DNA from: an uncultured archaeon
GTDB lineage: Archaea; Thermoproteota; Nitrososphaeria; Nitrososphaerales; Gagatemarchaeaceae
Direction: 5' to 3'
DNA: 64,000 bases
Assembly (NCBI GenBank): GCA_963799775.1
Contig: CAWCYD010000002.1
Location: 96,001 to 160,000, forward strand
This document shows, piece after piece, positions 10,327 through 21,756 of this stretch (within the stretch, counting starts at the first letter, position 1; the number at the start of each line of letters is the position of its first letter). A program made the translations under genes and the position numbers. The notes under the pieces were generated by a model. The model searched no databases. It saw only the letters and a program-made list of their open reading frames with translations, and had not been told where the DNA came from.

Positions 10327-13200
10327 ATGGCGCGCAGACCCTCAAAGCAGGTCCGTCTCGGTCAAGCCGAGCTTCCCTGCGCAACATACAGGGTGCAGCT
10401 CAGCAACCGGTTCAGGTTTGCCGAAGCCCGAGGGCTGGCCGACTACCTGGCTCGACTGGGCGTCAGCCACTTCTACTCTTCTCCCCTCCTCCGCGCAAAG
10501 AGAGGGAGCCTGCACTGCTACGACGTCGTAGAGCACGACCAGCTCAACCCAGAGCTAGGGACGATGAAGGAGTTCATGGCCTTCGCGCGCGAACTCGCTC
10601 GCAATGACCTTCGCCTTCTTCTCGACATCGTCCCCAACCACGTGAGCGCGAGCGACGAGAACTCCCTATGGATGAGCGTCCTCGAATATGGTCCGTATTC
10701 TGGCTACGCGGAGTTCTTCGACATCAGGTGGTCTCAGGAGGAAAAGGTCGTGCTGCCGATTCTTGCCGACGAGTTCGACCGCGTCCTGGGCACTGACGAC
10801 CTGGAGGTCCAGTACGAGGCGGAGACCGCTTCCTTCCTGCTGCTCGTCAGCCGCGGCGTGTTCGTCCCGCTGACCCCCCGGAGCTACGCGGACATCCTCC
10901 AGCTAGCGAGGGAGGGAGAGATCCCTCTCCCAGGCAAGGAGGTCAGAGGCCTGGACTCCCTCGTCAAGGGCTTCAACGGCATGCCCGGCCCGAGCGCAGC
11001 TCCTGCCGTCTCCGAAGACCCCGTGGCCCAGCTTGAGGCATTGAGAAGGCGGTTGAGGTCCCTCTGCACGAGATACCCGATGCTCCTCGAGGCCATCGGA
11101 GCGGCTCTCGGCAAGATAAACGACAAGCGGGGCGGTGCCCTGATGTCCTCGATCCTGGCCTCCCAGTTCTTCCGCCTCACATTCTGGAGGAACGCGCCAC
11201 GCGAGATAAACTACAGACGTTTCCTCAACCTGAACGACTACGTCGCGATCCGGGAAGAGGACGACTCGGTCTTCGATGAGTCTCACGCCCTGATAATGGA
11301 CTTGACAAGCAGGGGCTACATCGGTGGTCTCAGGGTGGACCACCCCGACGGTCTCTCTGACCCTCGGCTCTACTTCCATCGGTTGAAAACGGCTGCAAAC
11401 CGTTCCGTGCGCTCCAGCGATGCCAAGGACGCTCCCGTTTACATCGTCGCCGAGAAGATACTCCGGAAAGGAGAGCCGCTCCAGAAGGATTGGGAGGTCC
11501 AAGGGACGACAGGGTACGACTTTCTGAACCTGCTCAACTCCCTCTACGTATTGAGCGCGAACGAGAGGGACTTCGACAAGATCCATTCAGAGTTCACTGG
11601 TCGGAAGTCCACGTTCGAAGAGGTCTCCCGAGGGGCACGAAGGGCGGTCATCGAGAGGACGATGTCAGCTGACCTCCATTATCTTTCAGGACTGCTCGCC
11701 GCCGTGGCCAGAGAGGCCCCGAGGTATCGCGCACTCGGTCAGGAAGCACTCGCGGAAGCCATAGCCGAGGTGGCATCTTGTCTCCCGATCTACCGGACAT
11801 ACTTGTCTCCCCAGAGGCCATCTCTCACCGAGTACGAGCGACGCCAGGTCACCACCGCGATCTCGCGGGCGAAGAAGCGCGAGAAGCCTCCAGACCCCAT
11901 GGCATTGGAGCTGGTGGGAAAGACCTTCCGGCCCAGCCCTCGACTCAGAAAACAGTCCATGCGGTTCGTCATGAGCTTCCAGCAATTCACTCCTGCGGTG
12001 ATCGTCAAGGGGACGGAAGACACCGCCTTGTATCGATTCAACCGGCTCGTCTCGCTCAACGAGGTGGGAGGAGAACCGACCGAGTTCGGGACGTCCGTGG
12101 GGGCCTTTCATGACGCGAACCTCTCGAGGCGAAGGCAGTGGCCCCTCTCGATGCTAGCCACTTCCACGCACGACACCAAGAGAGGCGAGGACTTGAGGGG
12201 TCGGATCAACGTGCTTTCGGAGATGCCCGAGGTCTGGCGATCTGCGTTGTCGAGATGGAGTGCGATGAACAGAGACAGCAAGAGCATCCTCAACGGCGAA
12301 CCGGTGCCGAACACCGACGACGAGTACCTGCTCTACCAGACGCTTCTGGGCGCCTGGCCTCTGGAGGGCTCCGAGCTCTCTGGGTTCGTGGAGCGCGTTG
12401 TCGCGTACATGGTGAAGGCCTCGAAGGAGTCGAATCGTCGCACGAGCTGGGTCTTCCCCAGCCAAGGATACGATTACGCCCTGGAGAGGTTCGTCAGGTC
12501 GTTGTTAAGGGACGGGGAGAATCCATTCCTGTCCGACTTCCTCGAGCTTCAGGCCCGGGTCTCGCGGTTCGGGATCCTCAACTCGCTCTCGCAGCTGCTC
12601 CTGAAGCTGACCTCCCCTGGGGTCCCGGACGTCTACCAAGGAACGGAGGTCTGGGATTTCAGCCTCGTCGACCCAGACAACAGGAGGCCGGTTGACTTTC
12701 AGCGACGCTGGATCATGCTCGATGAGCTGGAAAGAGAGGCCAGGGCCGCAGCGCGGAAGGCGACGGGCTTGCTCGACCTCGCCTCACGATTGGTCGACCA
12801 TCCGGAAGACGGACGGGTAAAGATGTTCGTAATGAGCAAGGCGCTGAGCCACCGTAGAGCACATCCAGGCCTCTACACGAGAGGCGATTACATCCCGGTG
12901 GCTTGCGAAGGCCCAAGGAAGCAGCACGTCTGCGCTTTCCTGAGGAAGGAGAAGGGCCAGAGCGCCTTGGTGATCGCTCCTCGCTTCTTCGCCGTGCTTG
13001 GGGCGGAGAGGTGGCCTTTGACCGATCCCAGAAGCGTGTGGGGGGCGACGAAGCTCCACATCCCGCGAGGCCTGCCCACAAGCTACACCAACCTGTTGAC
13101 CGGGGAGCGGGCAGATGCCACTGGACGCGGGGAGAATCGCTGGCTCGAGCTGGACCGAATCCTCGGCAGGTTCCCGATAGCGCTTCTAGAGGGCGGGTGA
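10327..13200 (+). CDS. treY: Malto-oligosyltrehalose synthase
   Basis: ATYRVQL, DIVPNH, NYRRF, GLRVDHPDGL, VAEKIL, GTTGYDF, TSTHDTKRGED, GVPDVYQGTE, SLVDPDNRRPVD. Confidence 0.95.
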   Translation: MARRPSKQVRLGQAELPCATYRVQLSNRFRFAEARGLADYLARLGVSHFYSSPLLRAKRGSLHCYDVVEHDQLNPELGTMKEFMAFARELARNDLRLLLDIVPNHVSASDENSLWMSVLEYGPYSGYAEFFDIRWSQEEKVVLPILADEFDRVLGTDDLEVQYEAETASFLLLVSRGVFVPLTPRSYADILQLAREGEIPLPGKEVRGLDSLVKGFNGMPGPSAAPAVSEDPVAQLEALRRRLRSLCTRYPMLLEAIGAALGKINDKRGGALMSSILASQFFRLTFWRNAPREINYRRFLNLNDYVAIREEDDSVFDESHALIMDLTSRGYIGGLRVDHPDGLSDPRLYFHRLKTAANRSVRSSDAKDAPVYIVAEKILRKGEPLQKDWEVQGTTGYDFLNLLNSLYVLSANERDFDKIHSEFTGRKSTFEEVSRGARRAVIERTMSADLHYLSGLLAAVAREAPRYRALGQEALAEAIAEVASCLPIYRTYLSPQRPSLTEYERRQVTTAISRAKKREKPPDPMALELVGKTFRPSPRLRKQSMRFVMSFQQFTPAVIVKGTEDTALYRFNRLVSLNEVGGEPTEFGTSVGAFHDANLSRRRQWPLSMLATSTHDTKRGEDLRGRINVLSEMPEVWRSALSRWSAMNRDSKSILNGEPVPNTDDEYLLYQTLLGAWPLEGSELSGFVERVVAYMVKASKESNRRTSWVFPSQGYDYALERFVRSLLRDGENPFLSDFLELQARVSRFGILNSLSQLLLKLTSPGVPDVYQGTEVWDFSLVDPDNRRPVDFQRRWIMLDELEREARAAARKATGLLDLASRLVDHPEDGRVKMFVMSKALSHRRAHPGLYTRGDYIPVACEGPRKQHVCAFLRKEKGQSALVIAPRFFAVLGAERWPLTDPRSVWGATKLHIPRGLPTSYTNLLTGERADATGRGENRWLELDRILGRFPIALLEGG

Positions 13201-15241
13201 AGGAGGTGGGGCGCCTTGCGGCTGTCGCTGCAGTTGCAGGATGTGCGCCGGCTCTTCAGCAGGGTCGAGCCTTACATAGTTTGACTCGCCCTTCCAATTG
13301 AACTCCTTTCTTGTGAGGAGGTCCAGGACGGCGAAAGGCCGATCCGGTTCCACCCCTATCTCGGAGAGCGGGACAGAGACGTTCGTTTCATGGGCGTGGA
13401 AGGGGTCGAGGTTCACCGCGACCAGGACGACGTTCGACTTGTCCTCCGTCCACTTGCCGTAGAAGAAGACGTTGTCGTCGGTGGATTCCAACAGGCGGAG
13501 GTTCTTTGTGGAATGCAGAGCGCGGTTGGTCCTGCGTATCTCGTTGATCTTTGCTATGTAGTCCTTGATGTTCCCGGGCCTGTCCCAGTCCCAGACCTTG
13601 TACTGATACTTCTCAGAGTCCAGGTACTCCTCCGACCCTTCTTCCAGTGCCTTGTTCTCGACCAGCTCGAAGCCGTTGTAGATCCCGTATAGGGACGAGA
13701 GGGTCGCCGCGAGTATCAGCCTGACCTTGAACGCCGTCCTTCCTCCTTGCTGCAGATATGACGATAGGATGTCGGGCGTATTGGTGAAGAAGTTCCCGTT
13801 GAAGTACTCCGACGTCTCCGACGTCACGAACTCGCTCAAGAACTCTTGCAGCTCCTGCCGCGTGTTCTTCCAGGTGAAGTAGGTGTAGGACTCGTCGAAA
13901 CCCACCTTCGCGAGGAGCCTCATCAGCTTGGGTCTCGTGAAGGCCTCCGCGAGGAAGATGACCTCCGGGTTCCTCTTCTTCGCCTCAGCTATCAGCCATT
14001 CCCAGAAGCCGGGAGGCTTCGTGTGCGGGTTGTCCACTCGGAAGGTCTTGACGCCCTTCTGCACCCAGAACCGGACCACCCTCAGAGTCTCCTCCCACAA
14101 GGCCATCCTGTCAGGCCCGTCGAAGCGAAGCGGATAGATGTCGTAGTACTTCTTCGGCGGGTTCTCGGCGTATCTCATCGTCCCGTCGCTGCGGTGGAAG
14201 AACCACTGCGGATGCTCGCTCACATACGGGTGGTCTGGCGAGGCTTGGAGGGCCAGGTCGATGGCCACCTCCATCCCCATGGCGCCCGCGGCCTCGACGA
14301 AGTGCTCGAAGTCGCTCATCGTCCCCAGTTCCGGATTGACCGCGTCGTGGCCTCCCTCCTCGCTGCCTATCGCCCAAGGGCTCCCAGGGTCGCTCTCCGA
14401 GGCGCTGGGACTGTTGTTCTTGCCCCTCCTGTTCTCGCGCCCTACCGGATGGATGGGAGGGAGATAGACGACGTCGAATCCCATGCGCTTCACATCAGGG
14501 AGCCTCCTCTCACAGTCTCGGAAGGTGGCGCCTTTGTTGGGGACCGTCCCCTGTGAACGGTGGAACATCTCATACCACGCCGCGTACCGGGCCTGCTCGC
14601 GATCGACGACGACGCGCAGCATCTTGTGTGAGACGTGGTCCCGTCGTTGAGAATAGGCTCCCAGGAGCTCCGAGAGCCTTGGTGCCTTCGCGACCTCCAG
14701 CGCTTTCGCCTTGTCCGCTTGCTTGATCGACTTGAGGTGCCCCATGAGCTCGGCTTTGTCAGGGCCAATAGCCTTCGCGATCGCCTCTTCGACCAACCTG
14801 TGCAGGTTGTGCACATCGACGGTGACGTCTTCTCCAGCGGCCGCCCATTTTTCTATCGTCAGCAGGGAGGTTTGGAACTCGTCCGTCCAGGCCTCTACGG
14901 TGTACTCGTGGGTGCCCAGGGAGTCGAGGACGAAGCTCCCGGACCATCTGTCGTTGTCGACCGGTCTCATCTCCGACTCCTCCCATCTCGCCTCCCCAAG
15001 CCTCCTGTGCTTGAGCGAGGCCCTGACCTCGTCTCTGCCGTACCTGAATATGTCCGCCCACACGTCGAGCCTGTCGCCCAGGGCCCCGCTTCACATGGAA
15101 GCGCCCGCAGTCCAGCTCCGGGTAGACTTTCTCGATCGAGATCGAGTGTAGAGGCAGGGGACGGAGGCCGGCCCCCTGGCCCGCCGACCGGGCGAGGGCC
15201 GTGTCCGACGTCGGGGCCGGACGGGGCGGAGTCGTCGTCAT
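13186..15241 (-). CDS. glgE: Alpha-1,4-glucan:maltose-1-phosphate maltosyltransferase; frameshift near 15075
   Basis: IEKVYPELDCGRF then WADIF; WYEMF, YLPPIHPVG, GKNN, GSPWAIG, YAENPPKKYYDIYP, FRVDNPHTKP, FLAEAFTRP, NTPDIL, YLDSEKY. ATG overlaps the glgB stop (TGATG). Confidence 0.95.
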
Positions 15242-17470
15242 CACTCCAATCCCAGGATCAAGACGCCGAGAGGGGGGAGCGTCAGCGCCACCGAGAACGG
15301 CCTGTAATTCCATGAGACGCGGGTCGAGTTGACGCCTCCCAGGTTGCCCATTCCGCTTCCTCCGTATTCCTTCGCATCGCTGTTGAGGAGCTCTTTGTAG
15401 AAGCCTTCCGCGGGGACGCCGACCCTGTAGTCAAGCCTCGGGACCGGGGTCATGTTGGCCGCGACGAGGACGTACCTCCCGTCCCGCGACCTCCTAAGGA
15501 AAGTTATGACGGAGCTCTGCTCGTCTTGGAAGTCCACCCACTCGAACCCAGCGCTCGAGAAGTCGAGGTCGTGGAGCTCCCTCCTCTCCTGATACAGGCG
15601 GTTCAGGTCCTTGACGAAGAGCATCAACTTCGAGTGCATCGGCTCGTCTGCGAGCTTCCAGTCCAGGCCGGTACGGAAGTTCCACTCGTCCCACTGACCG
15701 AACTCTCCGCCCATGAACAGCAGCTTCTTCCCTGGATGCGTGAACATCCACCCGTAGCAGAGGCGCAGGTTCGCGAACCTCTGCCAGACGTCCCCAGGCA
15801 TCTTGGAGAGCATCGACCTCTTGCCGTAGACGACCTCGTCATGGGAAAGGACGAGGACGAACCTCTCGCTGAACGCGTACCAGAGGCTGAAGGTGAGGAG
15901 GTTCTGGTGGTGTTTCCTGTGAATCGGGTCCTTTGAGAAGTATTCCAGGGTGTCGTGCATCCACCCCATGTTCCACTTCATGTCGAACCCCAGCCCTCCT
16001 TCCTCCACCGGCCTGCTGACGCCCGGCCACGCTGTCGACTCCTCGGCTAGCATGACCGCGCCCCTGCGGTAGTCGTGCACCGCCGGACTCACCTGCTTGA
16101 GGAACGCGATCGCCTCTAGGTTCTCCCTCCCTCCCATCTCGTTGGGGATCCACTCGCCCTCCTTGCGCGCGTAGTCGAGGTAGAGCATCGAGGCCACCGC
16201 GTCGAGCCGGAGGCCGTCGACGTGATACTTCTCGAGCCAGAAGATCGCGTTCGAGATGAGGAACGACCTCACCTCGTTCCTGGAATAGTTGAAGATTAGA
16301 GTCCCCCATTCCGGGTGCGTCCCCTTGCGGGGGTCCGCGTGCTCGTAGAGGTGGGGCCCGTCGAACATCGCGAGGCCGTATTCGTCCTTAGGAAAGTGCC
16401 CTGGCACCCAGTCGAGGATCACCCCTATCCCGTTCTCGTGGCACTTGTCCACGAAATACATGAAGTCTGCGGGCTCGCCGAACCTCGAGGTCGGCGCGAA
16501 ATAGTTGACCACCTGATAGCCCCAGGAGTCGTCGAGAGGGTGCTCCATGATGGGCATCAGCTCCAAGTGGGTGAAGCCCAGTCCCTTGACGTATGGTATG
16601 AGGCTGTCAGCCAGCTCGCGATACGACAGGTACGACGGAGGCGGTCTCCCGGTCGCCTTCTTCCAGGATCCCAAGTTGACCTCGTAGATGGAGATCGGTC
16701 TCTCAAGGTCCGGGCCCCTCGCCCTCTCCATCCAGGCCTTGTCGTGCCACTCGTATCCTCGGAGGTCTACGACGACCGCTGCGGTGTCCGGCCTCAGCTG
16801 CGTGCGGAACGCGTAGGGATCCGTCTTCAGGAGCACCTTGCCCTCCGGTTTCGACTTGATCGCGAACTTGTAGAGCTCGGAGGCGCGGAGTCGAGGGATG
16901 AAGAGCTCCCACACGCCGCTGGTGCCCCGGCTCGACATGGGGTGAGCTCCTGCGATCCAGTGGTCAAAGTCCCCCACCACGCTCACCGCCAAGGCGTTGG
17001 GCGCCCACACGGCGAACTGCACGCCTTCCACGCCCTCTCTCACCAGCGTGTGCGCCCCCATCTTCTCGAAACTCGTCCTGTGTGTGCCCTCGCCGAATAG
17101 GTGTAGGTCATAGTCGGTCAGCAGGGGCCCAAACGAGTATGGGTCCTCGCGCGTCTCTTCGTATCCGCTCTCGTCGACAAACGAGATGGTGTACCGTGCC
17201 GACCTAGGCGCAGGCTCAACCTTGGCCTGGAAGAACTTCGTCCCGCCTACCTCGGTCATCGCTATTTCGCGTCCGTCCAGGGTCACCCGCGCCCTCTCGG
17301 CCCTAGGAAGGTATGCCCGGATGAGCAGGAACCTCCTTCCCTTTGAGCCTCCGCAGCTTTGGCCCCAAGACCGATGCAGGGTTGGGCTCCTCGAACCCCA
17401 CCACCCTCCTGACCTCACCACTGACCGGTCCGAAAGAAGTTATCACAGCGAAGGCCTACTCAGACTCAAT
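15241..17470 (-). CDS. glgB: 1,4-alpha-glucan branching enzyme (GH13); N-terminal frameshift near 17335, start approximate
   Basis: [61 protein letters not shown]. Confidence 0.95.
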
Positions 17471-17636
17471 CCTCGCACGAAAAATTTCTCACTATTTCGG
17501 GATATTATGGCTTTAAGGACTTTCTTCTAGCCTTCGAGCCTTCCGGGACCGGCCATCCGAGTGAATAGAAGATTGTTCGCCACGCCTATAATCTCCTTCG
17601 ATTCTCGACGGCTTGCATTGGGTCAAGCCGGCTCGA

Positions 17637-19472
17637 TGGCAGCCCAGAGGCGGCAAGGATGGCACCTGCAGACCGGGGCGGGCCTCCACGAAGGGAGAGT
17701 GGAGTTCAGGGTATGGTCTCCTCTCTCGAAGAGAGTCGAGGTCGTCATAGAATCAGGGACCAAGAGCCCAGTCCGGGCCCCGATGAAGAGGAAAGAAGGA
17801 TTTTTCGAAGCCGCCGTGGACCTCGATGCCGGCGCGAGATACATGTATCTGCTCGACGGGGAAAAGAAACGGCCCGACCCCGTGTCGAATGCCCCAGCCG
17901 GCGGGGGTCTTCGGACCTTCGGAAGTGGTCGACCCCGACCTCTTCCAGTGGACTGACCAGAGTTGGAGGGGGACGGCCCAAGATGAACCTCTTGCTCTAT
18001 GAGCTCCACGTGGGCACCTACACGAGGGATGGGAGCCTTCGAGTCCGTCCGTCCTCACCTACGGCAGCTTCGAGAGCTGGGGGTGACCGCGATCGAGCTG
18101 ATGCCCGTCGGGCAGTTTCCGGGCGAGAGGAACTGGGGCTACGACGGCGTCTTCATCTACGCTCCGCAGAACTCGTACGGGGGCCCGAACGGACTGAAGG
18201 CCCTGGTCAACCACTGCCACGAGGAGGGCCTTTCCGTCCTCCTCGACGTAGTCTACAACCACGTCGGACCTGAGGGGAACTGTCTGGCCGACTACGGCCC
18301 CTACTTCTCCTACAAGTACATGCCCCCTGGGGCCCGCCATGAACTACGACGAGCGAGGGTGCGACGCGGTTCGGAGGTTCATCGTCGACAACGCGCTCTA
18401 TTGGGTCACGGAATACCACTTCGATGGACTGCGGCTCGACGCCGTCCACGGGATATTCGATTCTTCGACGACGCACATCCTGGCCGGGGTGGCCGCCGCG
18501 GTAAAAGCCCAAGAATCGAACCTGCAGAGAGAGATCCACGCGATAGCCGAGAGCGACCTGAACGACCCTCGTGTGGTTACGAGCGGGGCTCTTGGAGGCA
18601 ATGACCTCGACGCCCAATGGTCAGATGACTTCCATCACTCTGTTCACGCCTATCTCACCGGAGAGAGGGCCCGATACTACGAAGACTACGGGGACTTGGC
18701 GGACATCGAGAAGGCGTTGAGCGACGGGTTTGTCTACGACCGGAGGTATTCGAGTTATCGTGGAAAGACCTACGGCGCGTCGTCCGTCGGTCTGCCGGGG
18801 AAGAAGTTCGTCGTCTGTTTGCAGAACCACGACCAGGTCGGGAACAGGAGAGACGGAGCACGCCTCGGCACGCTCCTCGGCCCTTCGGAGCTGAGGACGG
18901 CCGTGGGTCTCCTGCTCCTGGCCCCCTACCTCCCTCTCCTCTTCATGGGGGAAGAGTTCGGCGAAGTCGCCCCCTTTCTCTACTTCACGAGCCATCAAGA
19001 CCCCAAGCTGGCTCGCGCAGTCACGGAGGGGAGGAAGAGGGAGTTCGCCTCAGGACCGTCTGACGAGAAGGAGTTCGCAGACCCTCAAGACCGCCAGACG
19101 TTCGAGAGGTCAAAGGTCGACCATTCTCTGCAGAACTCGAAAGAGAACAAGTCGTGGACACGCTACTACTCGGCACTCATCGCGATGAGAAAAGAGCATC
19201 CCGCTCTGCGCAGCCTGGACAAGGAATGCATGCAAGTCCGCAGAATAGGCAGGTCGCTGGGAATGCGCAGATGGGAGCCAGGCGGAGAAGAGGTCGCCGC
19301 GGTCTACTCATTGGGCGATGCGGCGCCGGGGCCCGACGAATTCTTCGACGGCGAATGGAAGCCGATCTTCGATTCCGAAGAGTGGGAGCCACGGGCCGAG
19401 AAGAACGCGGCCACGACCAGAGGTCGCTTCGGTCTGAGGGTATACTGCAAGTCACGTTCAGAGGACGACTGA
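17637..19472 (+). CDS. treZ: Malto-oligosyltrehalose trehalohydrolase; several frameshifts
   Basis: [87 protein letters not shown] spread over successive frames. Confidence 0.93.
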
Positions 19473-19500
19473 GCCGAACGGCCCCGGAGCGTGCCCGTGA

Positions 19501-19922
19501 CTGAGAGCGATCAACTTCGCGATGGTCATTCACAATCACCAGCCTGTCGACAACGACCCCAAAATCATCGAGCTGATCCGGTCCTCGCACCAGGCGGAGG
19601 TGGAAGGGCAGAGCTCAGAGGGTCGTTTGGCGTCGAGGTCAATGTCTCTTCCTTGGGAGACAAGAAGCTCATCAGGACGAACCGGTCCGCGAAAAGACTG
19701 GCAGCGTCCGATACGAAGGCGTTCCAGTATCCTGAGATAGGAACCTCCGTCTCCCTCGAGTTCAGCGGAGCTGCGGAGCTCTTTCAGCTCCCCGTCGTGA
19801 CCGTCTCGCGTTCTGAGGAGGGGTTCCAACAGAACCTGCAGGGCGTCTCAGTCGTGGCACTGTCAGGCCCATTGCTGGGCCGAGAGTCTCATATCGGGGT
19901 CAGACTCTCATGCGGGTGCTAG
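19501..19922 (+). pseudogene. Internally deleted GH57 alpha-amylase/4-alpha-glucanotransferase remnant
   Basis: Starts LRAINFAMVIHNHQPVDN (GH57 N-terminal HxHQP motif), then in another frame the DUF1926-like tail FGVEVN...PVVTVSRSEEGFQQNLQG; only ~420 nt in total. Confidence 0.7.
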
Positions 19923-20035
19923 CTACACAGGGTATTCCTTGAATCGGCCGAGCGCCGCCTTGGAGGCGCCATCCGGCCTGACCCGAAGATCCCTCGAAAC
20001 ACTCTTATCTCGCGTGGGCCGCCTCGTTTGGATGT

Positions 20036-21742
20036 TTGCTCCAGTTGCATCCCACGAGTTTCTCGTTAGGCAAGTATGAGGAACCCGTGGACAAATCACT
20101 ACGAAGCCTCGCAACAGAAGAGACAATCCACCGCATCTGGACACACGACTACTCCGTCTGGAAGTCAGACCCCACCGAGATCAGCGACAGACTGGACTGG
20201 CTTCATACGCCGAGCATGATGCTTCGCCATCTCCCGAGGTTCGCAGAGCTCGTCGACGAAGTCCGGTCAGCGGGCTTCACCGAACTCATGTTGCTGGGGA
20301 TGGGAGGCTCGAGCCTCGCTCCCGCGGTTCTCTCGGAGGTCTTCGGCAACGTGGCCGGATTCCCCCGCCTGAAGGTGCTCGACAACACAGATCCTGACGA
20401 CGTCACCGCGGCCGGCACGGGCCTCGACGTCAGCCGGACCTTGTTCATGGTCTCATCCAAGTCAGGGGGCACTCTGGAGACGCTGTCATTGATGAAATAC
20501 TTCTACGGCCGCGCCCTCGAAACCGTGGGAAACAAGGGCGCGGCTTCTCAATTCCTCGTAATCACCGATCCAGGGAGCAACCTGGCCGCGATCGCCGAGA
20601 GCAATCTCTTCCGTGCGGAGATCCTTAACGACCCGAACATCGGCGGCCGCTACTCCGTGATCTCATACGACGGGCTGGTCCCAGCCGCCCTGATGGGCAT
20701 AGACGTTGAGCGGCTGGCCGGACAGGCCGTGACCATGGCGACCGCATGCGAACCCAGCCTCGAACCACAGAAGAACCCGGGCGCGTATCTGGGGACCGTC
20801 CTGGGCGAGCTCGAAAGACAGGGCAGGAACAAGGTCACCATCTTCCTCTCCAGGAGAATCGCGGGCCTGGGAAGGTGGATCGAGCAGATCATTGCGGAGA
20901 GCACGGGAAAGGACGGCAAGGGCATCGTGCCCGTCGTGGGAGAGCCGCTGGGCCCGGTCGAAGCCTACGGTGACGACAGGCTCTTCGTTGTAATTCAGCT
21001 TGATAGCGACGAAGACGCGGTCGATGAAAGGGCCATCTCCTCGCTAGAGTCCCGAGGGCATCCCGTCATCCGCGTTCGACTCCAGGACGTCTACGAGATC
21101 GGCCAGCAGTTCTTCCTTTGGGAGATGGCCACGGCGGTCGCTGGGAGCATAATGGGAATCAATCCATTCGACCAACCCAACGTCGAGGCCAACAAGAAGG
21201 TATCTCTACGAATGATAGCCGACTACAGGGTCCGTGAGACCATCCCGCGCTTGAACCCCAGCCTGCAGTTGGAGAACGTGACAGTGTACGGGGACGCACG
21301 AGGCGAGAGCCCGGCCAGCGTGCTCATGAACTTCTTGGACGGCGCGTCGCCGGGGGCCTACATAGCGATACAGGCATACATCCATCAGACCGAGCGGACG
21401 GACGTGTCACTGCGACAGCTCCGCGCGGGGCTGATGAGGCGCTTCCGTCTTGCGACCACCGTAGGGTATGGGCCGAGGTTCCTCCACTCCACCGGGCAGC
21501 TCCACAAGGGGGACTCAGGACGAGGGCTGTTCGTCCAGATCACCTCAGACAAGGAGAGCGACCCTCGCGTCCCAGATGAGCTTGGGTCGTCCGTATCGTC
21601 CCTTAGTTTCGCCGTCCTCGAGGAGGCGGAGGCGCTCGGAGACAGGCAGGCGCTCCTTGACAGCGGGCGCCGGGTCATCCGCTTCCACGTCAAGGGAGAC
21701 GTCCCACGCGCCCTTGACGAACTCGCGATGCCGACGGCCTGA
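20036..21742 (+). CDS. pgi: Glucose-6-phosphate isomerase resembling the Pgi half of bacterial Tal-Pgi fusions
   Basis: GMGGSSL, SSKSGGTLET, ITDPGS, IGGRYS, WIEQIIAESTGK, INPFDQPNVE, GPRFLHSTGQLHKG. Confidence 0.92.
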   Translation: MLQLHPTSFSLGKYEEPVDKSLRSLATEETIHRIWTHDYSVWKSDPTEISDRLDWLHTPSMMLRHLPRFAELVDEVRSAGFTELMLLGMGGSSLAPAVLSEVFGNVAGFPRLKVLDNTDPDDVTAAGTGLDVSRTLFMVSSKSGGTLETLSLMKYFYGRALETVGNKGAASQFLVITDPGSNLAAIAESNLFRAEILNDPNIGGRYSVISYDGLVPAALMGIDVERLAGQAVTMATACEPSLEPQKNPGAYLGTVLGELERQGRNKVTIFLSRRIAGLGRWIEQIIAESTGKDGKGIVPVVGEPLGPVEAYGDDRLFVVIQLDSDEDAVDERAISSLESRGHPVIRVRLQDVYEIGQQFFLWEMATAVAGSIMGINPFDQPNVEANKKVSLRMIADYRVRETIPRLNPSLQLENVTVYGDARGESPASVLMNFLDGASPGAYIAIQAYIHQTERTDVSLRQLRAGLMRRFRLATTVGYGPRFLHSTGQLHKGDSGRGLFVQITSDKESDPRVPDELGSSVSSLSFAVLEEAEALGDRQALLDSGRRVIRFHVKGDVPRALDELAMPTA

Positions 21743-21756
21743 AGGTAGAGAGGAAA

